Below are positions 1 to 9,089 of a stretch of 64,000 nucleotides of DNA, piece after piece. The translations under genes were made by a program, and so were the position numbers. The DNA lies in the NCBI GenBank assembly GCA_963765205.1, contig CAVXVB010000004.1, positions 160,001-224,000 of the forward strand, given 5' to 3'. Under the pieces are notes generated by a model that saw only the letters and a list, made by a program, of their open reading frames with translations, was not told where the DNA came from and did no database searches. Position 1 is the first letter of the stretch; each line of letters starts with the position of its first letter. Source of the stretch: an uncultured Verrucomicrobiae bacterium. Its GTDB lineage: Bacteria; Verrucomicrobiota; Verrucomicrobiia; Opitutales; JABDGR01.

Positions 1-676
1 GCGCCTCTTCCGCGGCGAACGCGCCGGCGAGCACGACGGCGGCGTTGTTCGGCGCGTAGCGGGCGGCGTGGTAGGCGGCGAGGTCGTCGCGCGTGAGGCT
101 CTCGAACAGCGCGCGCACGCCGATGACGGGATAGCGGTAGGGATGCTGGCGGAAGGCGAGCGCGAAGAGGCCCTCCATGAGGCGCGATTGCGGGTCGTCG
201 CGGCCCATGTCAATCTCGCGCAAAATCACATCGCGTTCGCGGGCGACCTCGGCCGGGTCGAGTTTGGGCGCGAACACCATGTCGGCCAGCACGTCGAGAA
301 ACAGCGGCGCGGATTCGGCGGGGCCGTCTATGTAATAGACGGTGCGGTCGAACGTCGTGTAGGCGTTGATGCTCCCGCCGGCGGCCTGCACCTCGGCGCT
401 GATTTGCAGCGGCCCGCGCCGGGCGGTGCCCTTGAACACGAGGTGTTCGAGGTAATGCGACAACCCCGTGCCCAGCCACGCGCCCTCGTGGATGCTCCCG
501 CTGCGAATCCAAACCTGCGCGCTGACCAGCCCGGCGGCGCGGTCCTCCTTGCTCAGTCCGACGAGGCCATTGGGCAGCGTCCAGCGATGAACCGACTCGG
601 CCAGCAACGGCTCAAGCACGGCGGCGGGGTTGACGGAATTTCGGGAACGGGCTTGGAGTGGGCGCGATTTCTTCAC
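1..676 (-). CDS. M16 family (pitrilysin-like) zinc peptidase, 3' end runs off the window
   Basis: Manual translation (not in ORF track): GTG at 676, ...HRWTLPNGL...GSIHEGAWLGTGLSHYLEHLVFKGT...INAYTTFDRTVYY; inverted zinc motif HxxEH. Confidence 0.9.
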   Translation of the reverse strand, partial: MKKSRPLQARSRNSVNPAAVLEPLLAESVHRWTLPNGLVGLSKEDRAAGLVSAQVWIRSGSIHEGAWLGTGLSHYLEHLVFKGTARRGPLQISAEVQAAGGSINAYTTFDRTVYYIDGPAESAPLFLDVLADMVFAPKLDPAEVARERDVILREIDMGRDDPQSRLMEGLFALAFRQHPYRYPVIGVRALFESLTRDDLAAYHAARYAPNNAAVVLAGAFAAEEA

Positions 677-832
677 CCAAAAGCGATGGCAGGAACGTCG
701 CCGCCGGGCAAAACAAAAGGGTGAACCGGTAACGGCGCAAAGCACCCCGGCAGGGTTGCCACACCCGTAGGCGGCATGAGGATTTGAACATACGTTCCAG
801 TCCGCGCATTTAACCTTTCTGCCACTGAAGCC

Positions 833-925
833 AACATCCCCAAAAACATCCCCAAGTTTCCTTTCAATCCTGACATAAGCCCCTATTAGCCAAAGCATAA
901 GGGCATAATAAACATCCCCAAGTTT
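833..925. repeat. Three copies of AACATCCCCAA (833-843, 845-855, 911-921); two extend to AAACATCCCCAAGTTT
   Basis: Read directly from the sequence. Confidence 0.8.
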
Positions 926-954
926 TTTGCATGGTGAGGCCCAAGGGCGCGATT

Positions 955-2433
955 TCACTTTTGACTGCCGCCATCTGAAAAACGTCCAAGTGCCCATTGG
1001 ATTTTTGATTTGTCTCCGGGACGCGACAAAGCCTGGATTCGCGCGAGCAATTCCTTTCGGGGTATCTTCCATTCGACGGAAAGCAGCGCCGACACCGCAA
1101 CTACCCGATTCGGATTGTCAAAATATGGCCGAACTTCGTCAACCTCAAGCGACCCATCTCCTTTAAGCCACGCTAAATTTTCAAAAAATTGAAATTCATT
1201 TGATAAATGGGGATCATCTTCCTTCAGCGTTTCCAAATACGAAAATATTTGTGGAAAATAGGGAGTGGCCAATATGCCGACTCGGCCAATCCCCACCAAT
1301 CCTTTAGTTGGCCACAAAGGCGCAGAAAGCTCAACCAATTGTGCAGTTAAATCGTTTAGCCGCGCCTTGAGGCCTGCGTCCACCGCCTCTTCGGTCTCAG
1401 TCGGGTGATTACTTATGACCACGCGTTGGTAGGCGGAAAACATGTCCCGCGGCAGATTGCCGGCTTTGTCCAAACCCTTGAAAGCTGCACTCCCCCAGAT
1501 TCCCAAAATACTACCCGCCTCATCGAGCAAATCGCCGGTCGAATCATCGTGCAGTGGCTTGGTGCGGATCAATTCGAGTAAATCGGGAACTATTTCAAGT
1601 CGTTCGACGCTCCGTTCAGATATAGTTACCCAGCGCTGGTCTTGCTGGCCCAATCGCACCCGCTCGATATCGCGGTGGGCCATCTCCACGACCCATGGCA
1701 AAACTGGCTGATCCATATTTCGGAGATGAAGCTCAAGATTCGGGTGTTCGCCGGGCATGACATGAGTTTGCGCGGATGCATAGAACCAACCGTCCAATTT
1801 ATTGCTCCATTCCCAAGTAACTAGCGGATAATCTGGGTGTGCTTGCAACGTTTCTTGGCGCATCGGCGGGCCCACAGAGACTGAGCAGTGAGTTCCATCA
1901 TCTGTAATTGTTTCGGCCGACCAATTATCTGACGATGTAAGATATGCATCGGCGGTGCCGTAAAGATCGGTTGTGCTGGTAACGGCAGGGACTGAATTTT
2001 GAAAGCTAAAGAAAGTTGGGCCCTTAAACATTACTTTCACGCCAGCAACAGGCAGCCCTTTTGCATCCAGCACCGTAACCTCCACTTTCTTGCCTGTGGT
2101 TCGCGTTAAAACAAATAAAATGCAAAAAGTGAGCACGGTTCCAGCTATTGCGCCTCTGATATTCAGCGCGGCTCCAACTGGCAGGCGAATGAATGCAATA
2201 ATGAGAAAGAACACTGAGGGAACGGCCAGTATAAGCAGGCCTAAAGACGCAATTATTCCAAATATGGGCACTTGTAGCGCTGCCACAGCGGGCATAAAAA
2301 ATTTGACCGAGCCGATGGCAGCCAACGCCACCGTTGGCAACCAGGGGACCAGCGCCCATTTATGCCGGCGTCCAATCGCCACACAAATAATCAGGCCAAC
2401 ACCCTCAATGACGAGTGGAATCAAAATCTCCAT
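955..2433 (-). CDS. Hypothetical membrane-anchored protein (about 4 N-terminal TM helices, carboxypeptidase-regulatory-like beta domain, helical C-terminus)
   Basis: Long ORF 955..2454; likely ATG at 2433 (MEILIPL); VTVLDAKGLPVAGVKV...TTDLYG motif; visibly AT-richer than flanks. Confidence 0.7.
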   Translation of the reverse strand: MEILIPLVIEGVGLIICVAIGRRHKWALVPWLPTVALAAIGSVKFFMPAVAALQVPIFGIIASLGLLILAVPSVFFLIIAFIRLPVGAALNIRGAIAGTVLTFCILFVLTRTTGKKVEVTVLDAKGLPVAGVKVMFKGPTFFSFQNSVPAVTSTTDLYGTADAYLTSSDNWSAETITDDGTHCSVSVGPPMRQETLQAHPDYPLVTWEWSNKLDGWFYASAQTHVMPGEHPNLELHLRNMDQPVLPWVVEMAHRDIERVRLGQQDQRWVTISERSVERLEIVPDLLELIRTKPLHDDSTGDLLDEAGSILGIWGSAAFKGLDKAGNLPRDMFSAYQRVVISNHPTETEEAVDAGLKARLNDLTAQLVELSAPLWPTKGLVGIGRVGILATPYFPQIFSYLETLKEDDPHLSNEFQFFENLAWLKGDGSLEVDEVRPYFDNPNRVVAVSALLSVEWKIPRKELLARIQALSRPGDKSKIQWALGRFSDGGSQK

Positions 2434-2452
2434 CAAAAAATAATGGCGCGGC

Positions 2453-2474
2453 AATGACTTGCCGACAAGTCATT
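2453..2474. promoter_or_regulatory. Perfect palindrome AATGACTTG-CCGA-CAAGTCATT, putative operator or hairpin
   Basis: 9-bp perfect inverted repeat 20 bp upstream of the ATG at 2433. Confidence 0.4.
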
Positions 2475-2537
2475 ATCACATCCCGAACGTGGACAAAAAT
2501 GTCCGGGCTGGCGACAATAAATGTAGGGTAGCTCCCC

Positions 2538-5066
2538 TCACGCCACCGGCTGGTTTTGCTCGAACTTGAGGGTTTCGCCGCCGGTGCAGGTGATGCGGAT
2601 GGGTTCGCCGACGCGGACTTCGCCGCGCAGGATGGCCTCCGCCAGCGGGTCTTCGAGGAAATTCTCGACGGCGCGGCGCAGCGGACGCGCCCCGTATTTC
2701 TCGTCCCAGCCCTTGGCGAGGAGGAATTCCTTGGCGGGTTCGTCCACTTCGATTTCGATTTTCTGGCCGGCGAGGCGCTTGCGCACCTTGGTCAACTCCA
2801 GCTCGATAATCTGCTTCATGTGCGCCCTGTCGAGCGGGTGGAAAATCACGATCTGGTTGACGCGGTTGAGGAACTCCGGCTTGAAGTGCCGCTTCATCTC
2901 CTCGAGGATGCGCTCCTTGCTCTTCTCGTAGTCCCCATCGCTGGTGCGGCCCACGTCGAAGCCCATCGAGGACGGGCGCTGGAGCAGTTCCGCCCCGATG
3001 TTCGAGGTCATAATGAGGATGGTGTTGCGGAAGTCCACCGTGCGCCCGAGCGAGTCGGTCAGCCGGCCGTCTTCGAGCACCTGCAGGAGCAGCTGGACGA
3101 CGTCGGGGTGGGCCTTTTCGATTTCGTCGAAGAGGACGAGCGAATAGGGCTTGCGGCGGACGGCCTCGGTGAGCTGGCCGCCCTCCTCGTAGCCAATGTA
3201 GCCGGGGGGCGAGCCGACCAGGCGCGAGACGGAGAATTTCTCCATATACTCAGACATGTCAATTTGTAACAGCGCGTCCTGGTTGCCGAAGATGCGCTCG
3301 GCGAGGGTCTTGGCCAGGTGCGTCTTGCCGACGCCGGTGGGGCCGAGGAACATGAACGAGCCGATGGGCCGGCGCGGGTCCTTCAGGTCGGCGCGCGAGC
3401 GGCGGAGGGCCTTGGCGATGACCTCGGTGGCGTGCTCCTGGCCGATGACGTTGGCCTGGAGTTCCTTTTCGAGGTTAAGCAGCTTCTGGCTCTCCTTCTG
3501 CTCCATGCGCGCGAGCGGGATGCCCGTCCAGTCGGACACGACCTGGAGCATGTCGTCCTCGCCGACGGTGATGGTGCGGCGCTCGCGGGTGTGCTTCCAC
3601 GCTTCGATTTGCTGTTCGCGCTTGGCGCGGAGCTGTTTTTCCTGGTCGCGGAATTTGGCGGCCTCCTCGAAATGCTGCTTGGCGATGGCGTCCTCCTTTT
3701 GCGCGCAGACGGTCTCGATCTCCTTGGTCAGCGCCTCGATTTCGGGCGGGCGGTTGAGGCCCTCGATGCGCGCGCGCGCGCCAGCCTCGTCGAGCACGTC
3801 AATGGCCTTGTCGGGCAGGTAGCGGGCGGTGATGTAGCGGTCGGAAAGTTTCGCGGCCAGTTCGAGCGCCCGGTCGGAGAAGATGACCTTGTGGTGCTCC
3901 TCGTATTTCTGGCGCAGGCCCTTGAGGATAAGGATGGTTTCGTCCACGCTCGGGGCCTCGACCTTGATGGATTGGAAGCGGCGGTCAAGCGCGCTGTCCT
4001 TCTCGATATACTTGCGGTATTCGCTGAGGGTGGTTGCGCCGATGCACTGCAATTCGCCGCGCGAGAGGGCGGGCTTGAAGATGTTCGACGCGTCCATCGC
4101 GCCTTCGGCCGCGCCGGCGCCGACGATGGTGTGCAGCTCGTCAATGAAGATGATGATGTTCTTCGAGCGGCGAATTTCGTCCATGACGGCCTTGATGCGT
4201 TCCTCGAACTGGCCGCGGTATTTCGTGCCGGCAACCATGAGGGCGAGGTCGAGCGTGATGACGCGCTTGTCCAACAAAATTTCCGGCACGATGCCGGAGG
4301 CGATTTCCTGGGCGAGGCCCTCGACGATGGCCGTCTTGCCGACGCCGGCTTCGCCGATCAGGACGGGGTTGTTCTTGGTGCGGCGGCAGAGCGTCTGCAC
4401 GACGCGGCGGATTTCCGCGCGGCGGCCGATGACGGGGTCGAGTTCGCCATTGCGGGCCAGCTCGGTCAAGTCGCGGCCAAAGGCCTTGAGGGCGGGCGTC
4501 TTAATTTCCTTCTTCTCCTCGGGGTTGGCGGGCGGCGTGGGCGCGGAGCCGCTGCCGCCGGGCGCGGGCGTGCCGGCCGGTTCCTCGGGCGGGGGCGCGC
4601 CGGTTTCGCCGGAAAAATTCGGGTCCAGCTCCTGCAAAATTTCGTTGCGGCAGCGCTCGATGTCCACGTCGAGGTTCTTGAGCACGCGGGCGGCGACGCC
4701 CTCCCCTTCGCGCAGCAAGCCGAGGAGAATGTGCTCGGTGCCGATGTAGGAATGGTTGAGCATCTTCGCCTCCTTCTGCGCGAGGGCCAGGACTTTTTTC
4801 ACGCGTGGCGTATACGGAATGTTGCCTTGCGGCTTGGTCTCCGGGCCGGCACCGACTTGCTTCTCGACCGCGTTGCGCACCGTTTCCAGATCAAGACCCA
4901 TCTTTTGCAGCACGCTGACGGCCACGCCCTGGTTGAGGTTAATGAGGCCCAGCAACAAGTGCTCGGTGCCCACATAATTGTGATGGAACCGGTCGGCTTC
5001 CTTGCGCGCCAGGGCCAGCACTTGTTGGGCGCGGGGCGTGAAATTGTTTTGTGGTGTGTCGGCCAT
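2538..5066 (-). CDS. clpC: ATP-dependent Clp protease ATP-binding subunit ClpC
   Basis: Start [14 protein letters not shown] at 5066; double Clp-N repeat, Walker [13 protein letters not shown]-domain, second Walker A GPTGVGKT; downstream of mcsA-mcsB. Confidence 0.97.
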   Translation of the reverse strand: MADTPQNNFTPRAQQVLALARKEADRFHHNYVGTEHLLLGLINLNQGVAVSVLQKMGLDLETVRNAVEKQVGAGPETKPQGNIPYTPRVKKVLALAQKEAKMLNHSYIGTEHILLGLLREGEGVAARVLKNLDVDIERCRNEILQELDPNFSGETGAPPPEEPAGTPAPGGSGSAPTPPANPEEKKEIKTPALKAFGRDLTELARNGELDPVIGRRAEIRRVVQTLCRRTKNNPVLIGEAGVGKTAIVEGLAQEIASGIVPEILLDKRVITLDLALMVAGTKYRGQFEERIKAVMDEIRRSKNIIIFIDELHTIVGAGAAEGAMDASNIFKPALSRGELQCIGATTLSEYRKYIEKDSALDRRFQSIKVEAPSVDETILILKGLRQKYEEHHKVIFSDRALELAAKLSDRYITARYLPDKAIDVLDEAGARARIEGLNRPPEIEALTKEIETVCAQKEDAIAKQHFEEAAKFRDQEKQLRAKREQQIEAWKHTRERRTITVGEDDMLQVVSDWTGIPLARMEQKESQKLLNLEKELQANVIGQEHATEVIAKALRRSRADLKDPRRPIGSFMFLGPTGVGKTHLAKTLAERIFGNQDALLQIDMSEYMEKFSVSRLVGSPPGYIGYEEGGQLTEAVRRKPYSLVLFDEIEKAHPDVVQLLLQVLEDGRLTDSLGRTVDFRNTILIMTSNIGAELLQRPSSMGFDVGRTSDGDYEKSKERILEEMKRHFKPEFLNRVNQIVIFHPLDRAHMKQIIELELTKVRKRLAGQKIEIEVDEPAKEFLLAKGWDEKYGARPLRRAVENFLEDPLAEAILRGEVRVGEPIRITCTGGETLKFEQNQPVA

Positions 5067-5074
5067 GGGAAAAG

Positions 5075-6547
5075 TCAGGTTGGGGGTTGGGCAGCACAGA
5101 GATTGCGCAATGGTTCGTAATCTACACGCAAATTTGTCAAAACGCGAGCCGCGATTCCATCGCCCTCGCGCAAGAGCCCCAGCAGGAGGTGTTCCAATCC
5201 CACGCGGGAGCGTCGGAGGGCGGTCGCTTCTTCCCGCGCGAGGCCCAAGGCCCGGATGACGCCGGGGGTGAAGGGTATGCTTTTGGTTGGCCCAGGCTGC
5301 GTGCCCGCGGTGATCTGCTTTCCAATTTCCGCGCGCACGGCGGCCGGTTCGACCCCCATTTTGGCGAGGAGGCCAACGACGGTGTCCCGGCGGTGGCTGA
5401 GGAGCGCAAGGAGGACATGTTCCGTTGCGATACAATCATAGTGGAACCAGTCGGCCTCGCGCCGGGCGCGGGAAAGGGCTTGAATCACGTCGGGAAGAAT
5501 CACATCGAGATGGAAGGTTTTGCGCTGCTCGCCAAAAGCCGCAGCCAAAGCCTCACCCAGCTTGCCGAGCGAGGTGCGGCCCTCAGGGGTTTGCGCCCAA
5601 CGCTCGGTTCGTTCGTCGCGCATGGCCCGAAGCTTATTTTCCTGATCGCGGCACTTCGCCGCCTCCTCGAAATTCATCTTGGCGATGGCCTCATCCTTCT
5701 GCGCGCTGACTTTATCGATTTCCTTGGACAGTTCCTCGATTTCGGATGGGCGCTTGAGGCCCGCGAGGAAGGCGCGCGTCCAGGCGTCGGCGGGCACAAC
5801 ATAGGTCTTGTCGGGCCGGGTGTGGAAGCTGCGGACGGGTGGTTTCTCGCCGCCATCCGGCGCAGGGGCGGGCCCGAACCGAGACGCCCCGGCCTCGCCG
5901 GAAAAATTCGGCCCCAGTTCCTGCAAAATTTCATTGCGGCAGCGCTCAATATCCACCCCCAGGCTCCTGAGCACTCGGGCGGCGACGCCGTCGCCCTCGC
6001 GCAGTATTCCGAGCAAAATATGTTCGGTGCCAATATTTGAGTGCTGTAGCATTCTGGCCTCCTTCTGTGCCAGAGCCAGTGCCTTTTTGACGCGGGGTGT
6101 GTAGGGGATGTTGCCGGTGGGTGGCTCTTCGGGGCCGAAGCCCACTTGCTTCTCGACGGCGGCGCGCAAAGTCTCGAAATCAAGGCCCAATTTTTGCAGC
6201 ACGCTGACACCCACGCCCTGGTTGAGGCTGATGAGGCCGAGCAGCAAGTGCTCGGTGCCAACGTAATTGTGGTGGAACCGGTCAGCTTCTTTGCGCGCCA
6301 GGGCCAGCACCCGTTGGGCGCGGGGCGTGAAATTATTCAGCGGGAGCCGGCTGGTGTGGCTGCGCGTGGCCTGCGGGTCGGCCAAGCCCGACGGCAGCAG
6401 TTTTATGGAAAAGTTCCAGGTGGATTTCTCTTTGGTCGGCGGAGGTTTGATTCCCAGCCACCGGGCCAAGCCACGCCAGGGAAACTTGGACTTTTCAGTT
6501 TTGGGCCGGGAAGGGCTGCAGCGGCGTGGTGGGGGGAGGCCCGTCAT
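5075..6547 (-). CDS. ATPase-less ClpC paralogue: Clp N-domain, M/UVR coiled coil, degenerate Clp N-domain (possibly the 3' part of one 5075-7092 gene)
   Basis: [34 protein letters not shown] near-identical to clpC; RPSEIEELSKEIDKVSAQKDEAIAKMNFEEAAKCRDQE matches the clpC M-domain; no Walker motifs. Confidence 0.8.
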   Translation of the reverse strand: MTGLPPPRRCSPSRPKTEKSKFPWRGLARWLGIKPPPTKEKSTWNFSIKLLPSGLADPQATRSHTSRLPLNNFTPRAQRVLALARKEADRFHHNYVGTEHLLLGLISLNQGVGVSVLQKLGLDFETLRAAVEKQVGFGPEEPPTGNIPYTPRVKKALALAQKEARMLQHSNIGTEHILLGILREGDGVAARVLRSLGVDIERCRNEILQELGPNFSGEAGASRFGPAPAPDGGEKPPVRSFHTRPDKTYVVPADAWTRAFLAGLKRPSEIEELSKEIDKVSAQKDEAIAKMNFEEAAKCRDQENKLRAMRDERTERWAQTPEGRTSLGKLGEALAAAFGEQRKTFHLDVILPDVIQALSRARREADWFHYDCIATEHVLLALLSHRRDTVVGLLAKMGVEPAAVRAEIGKQITAGTQPGPTKSIPFTPGVIRALGLAREEATALRRSRVGLEHLLLGLLREGDGIAARVLTNLRVDYEPLRNLCAAQPPT

Positions 6548-7092
6548 TCTCCGGTGGCGGCTTGGTCTCGCCGGGGTCCGGCGGCGGGGAACCCGGATCT
6601 TCCAGCACGACCAGCGCCGCTTTGGATTTCGGGTCCTCGGAAAAATTCGGGTCTAATTCCCGCAAAATTTCCGCGCGAAACTTCGCCACATCCAACTTGA
6701 ACTCTTGAAAGACCCGCGCGGCGGCACCTTCGCCCTCACTCAAGAGGCCAAGGAGCAGGTGCTCGGTGCCGATGTAGGAATGTTTGAGCGCCTTGGCTTC
6801 CTTTTGCGCGAGGACCCAAAATTTTCTTCACGCGAGGCGTGTAGGGAATGTTGCCTGCCGGCTTGTCGGCAGGGCCACGACCCACTTCCTTTTCCACGGC
6901 GTTGCGCGTCGTCTCCAAATCGAAGCCATGCTTTTGCAGCACGCTGACCGCCACGCCCTGGCCCAGATTGACCAGGCCCAGCAACAAGTGTTCGGCGCCC
7001 ACGTAATTGTGATGGAACCGGTCAGCCTCCTTGCGCGCCAGCGCCAGCACCTGCTGCGCGCGCGGCGTGAAGCGGATCGTAGGGTCGGACAT
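6495..7092 (-). pseudogene. Clp N-domain ORF with an apparent +1 frameshift near 6815 (5' part of the mini-ClpC or a separate Clp-N-only gene)
   Basis: [22 protein letters not shown]... to KKIL; removing one G from TTGGGTCCTC restores [35 protein letters not shown], continuing in ORF 6495..6743. Confidence 0.75.
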
Positions 7093-7177
7093 GATGGAAA
7101 AATAACCGCGCCGCCATCTCCGGTGCAAAGCGAAAAAACCGCCCCACTCCGCCCCGTTGGCGCCCCCGCCGCCAAAT

Positions 7178-8266
7178 TCAATTCTTCTCGAACGCGCGCT
7201 CGAAATTCAACGTGGGCAGCGAGGCGACCTGCTCGCGCAGGAACCGTGCGCGCGCCACGTCGCGTTTTTGCGTCTCGAGCGTGCCGCGGGCGGCGAGCTG
7301 GACGTGGCCGGGCTGGCTTTCGATCAACAGGCGGTCAATCCGCGCGCGCTCCGCTTCCGGCAGCAGAGCGAGGTCGGCGGCCAGGCGCAGGAGCGAGAGG
7401 CAGTTCATCGCCTCGACCGAGGTCATCACATGCGCGTTGCGCACGGTGCCAAACGCGCGCCCAATTTTATCAAGCAGCTTGGCCGAGTCGCTCTCCATGA
7501 GTTTCGCGCGGGCGTTTTGCTCCTGCTCGACGATGGTTTGCAGCACCGAGGTGATGCGCTTGATGATGTCCTCTTCGCTTTCACCGAGGGTCTGCTGGTT
7601 GGAAATCTGAAATATACTGCCGCTGGCCTCCGAGCCTTCGCCATACCAGCCGCGCACCGCGAGGCCCAGTTGGTTCACCGCGCGGATGGCCTGCTCCATC
7701 TGGCTGGCGAGGACGAGGCCGGGCAGGTGCATCATCACCGAAGCGCGCAGACCCGTACCCACGTTGGTCGGGCACGCGGTCAGGTAACCCAGCTCCGCCG
7801 AAAACGCGAGGTCGAGCTTTTCTTCGAGGCCGTTGTCGAGCGCGTCGGCCATCTTCCACACGCGCTTGAATTGGAAGCCTGGGCGCATCACTTGCAGGCG
7901 CAGATGGTCCTCTTCATTGATCATGACCGACATGCTTTGGTCGCGGCTGATAATGACGCCCGCGCCGGGCGAGCCGGCTGACAACTCGCGGCTGATGAGG
8001 TGCCGCTCGACGAGCACTTGCTTTTCCAAATCGTCCAGCGTCGCCAAATCGAGCACATAGGCTTTTTTCATCGATGCAGCGTCCTGCGCGGCCTGTGCGC
8101 ACCGCGCAAAAATTTCCCGCCGCTGGGCCTCTTTGGCCCACCCGGGGAACGGAAAGTCCCGCAAGTTCCGCGCCAGGCGGATGCGCGTGCTGAGCACGAT
8201 CGGCCCCGGCGGCGAGCCGCCCGGCACGACCTTGGCCGGCGTGTCCAAAATAGGGAGGATGTGCAT
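7178..8266 (-). CDS. mcsB: Protein arginine kinase McsB
   Basis: LSTRIRLARN, INEEDHLR, YLTACPTNVGTGLRAS, FQISNQQTLG motifs; synteny with mcsA and clpC. Confidence 0.95.
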   Translation of the reverse strand: MHILPILDTPAKVVPGGSPPGPIVLSTRIRLARNLRDFPFPGWAKEAQRREIFARCAQAAQDAASMKKAYVLDLATLDDLEKQVLVERHLISRELSAGSPGAGVIISRDQSMSVMINEEDHLRLQVMRPGFQFKRVWKMADALDNGLEEKLDLAFSAELGYLTACPTNVGTGLRASVMMHLPGLVLASQMEQAIRAVNQLGLAVRGWYGEGSEASGSIFQISNQQTLGESEEDIIKRITSVLQTIVEQEQNARAKLMESDSAKLLDKIGRAFGTVRNAHVMTSVEAMNCLSLLRLAADLALLPEAERARIDRLLIESQPGHVQLAARGTLETQKRDVARARFLREQVASLPTLNFERAFEKN

Positions 8267-8280
8267 GGTGGGAGGGGAAG

Positions 8281-8373
8281 AATTTTAACCGTAGATGACG
8301 CATAGGACGCAAAAATGAAGCTATGGGTGAAGGTGCTCCTTTTGTGGCCTTTGTGGTTTTTGTGGTAAAAATT
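8281..8373. repeat. Inverted degenerate 9-mer array element between mcsA and mcsB
   Basis: AATTTTAACCGTAGATGACGCATAGGACGCAAAA ... TTTTGTGGCCTTTGTGGTTTTTGTGGTAAAAATT. Confidence 0.7.
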
Positions 8374-8406
8374 GGTTGGGAAATTTTTGCTTTGAACTTA
8401 TAATAC

Positions 8407-8922
8407 TCAGGACGCCACGATGGGCGCATCCCGCTTGGCGCGCAGGGTTTCGAGTTGGTCGCGGTAGCACGCGGCCGTTTCGAAGTTTTCGCTTTGGACC
8501 GCTTCGCGAAACTGGCGTTCCAGGGATTCGATTTCGCGGGCCAATTCGAGGCGGCGCCACTGGCGCGTGGGCGTCTTGCCCTGGTGTCGGCCACCTTTGT
8601 GCAGCCCGGCCAGGAGCGGCCCCAGCTCCGCCTTCATGGTGTCGTAACAAGCCGCGCAGCCGAGCCGGCCGGATTTCTTGAAATCGCGCGCCGTGTAGCC
8701 GCATTGCTCGCAGACGAGGCTCACGCCTTCGGTTTCCTCGGCCGGGTCGGCGAAACTCTTGGCCAGCAAGGCCGCCAGCGAAAATGTCTCCGAGTCGGTC
8801 ACCCCTTTCGACTGCGCGCACTCCTCGCACAGGTCCACTTTCTGGAACTGGTTCTTGACGACTTTCGTCAGATGGACGTGGGCGGGTTTGCCGCACAAAT
8901 CGCAATGGAGGGATTCGCCCAT
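8407..8922 (-). CDS. mcsA: McsA activator (CxxC motifs plus C-terminal UVR domain)
   Basis: CDLC, CEECA, CEQCG, GRLGCAACY, HKGGRHQGK, ENFETAACYRD. Confidence 0.93.
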   Translation of the reverse strand: MGESLHCDLCGKPAHVHLTKVVKNQFQKVDLCEECAQSKGVTDSETFSLAALLAKSFADPAEETEGVSLVCEQCGYTARDFKKSGRLGCAACYDTMKAELGPLLAGLHKGGRHQGKTPTRQWRRLELAREIESLERQFREAVQSENFETAACYRDQLETLRAKRDAPIVAS

Positions 8923-8960
8923 GGTTGGTTAAATATCACCTATCGGCACTCAAGTGAAGG

Positions 8961-8976
8961 GCATAATACGTGCCAA
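8961..8976 (-). promoter_or_regulatory. Sigma54-type (-24/-12) promoter for the mcsA operon
   Basis: Minus strand TTGGCACGTATTATGC = GG-N10-GC with the TGGCACG core, about 40 bp upstream of the mcsA ATG. Confidence 0.65.
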
Positions 8977-9089
8977 AGCGCGGGAGGTAAATGCCCAAAC
9001 GGCGGGGAAATGAGTGCAAGTGCTATTGCCTTGGAAGCCGGGGCGCGGGCTTCTATCCTGCCTCCCAATCTTGGGGTGGTTGCTCAACG

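Noticed and set aside
3318..5120. Long antisense ORFs (also 16142-18367, 40539-42194, 51344-52954, 61316-62392)
   Set aside because: Shadow ORFs opposite well-supported genes, expected at high GC.
2538..5435. Extended N-termini in the ORF track (clpC, gcvP, SBP, STAS, rpsK and others)
   Set aside because: Extensions overlap upstream genes or repeat arms; homology begins at later starts.
8943..9026. CIRCE (HrcA) operator upstream of mcsA
   Set aside because: Only isolated half-sites (GGCACTC, GAGTGC, AGTGCTA); no pair with 9-bp spacing.
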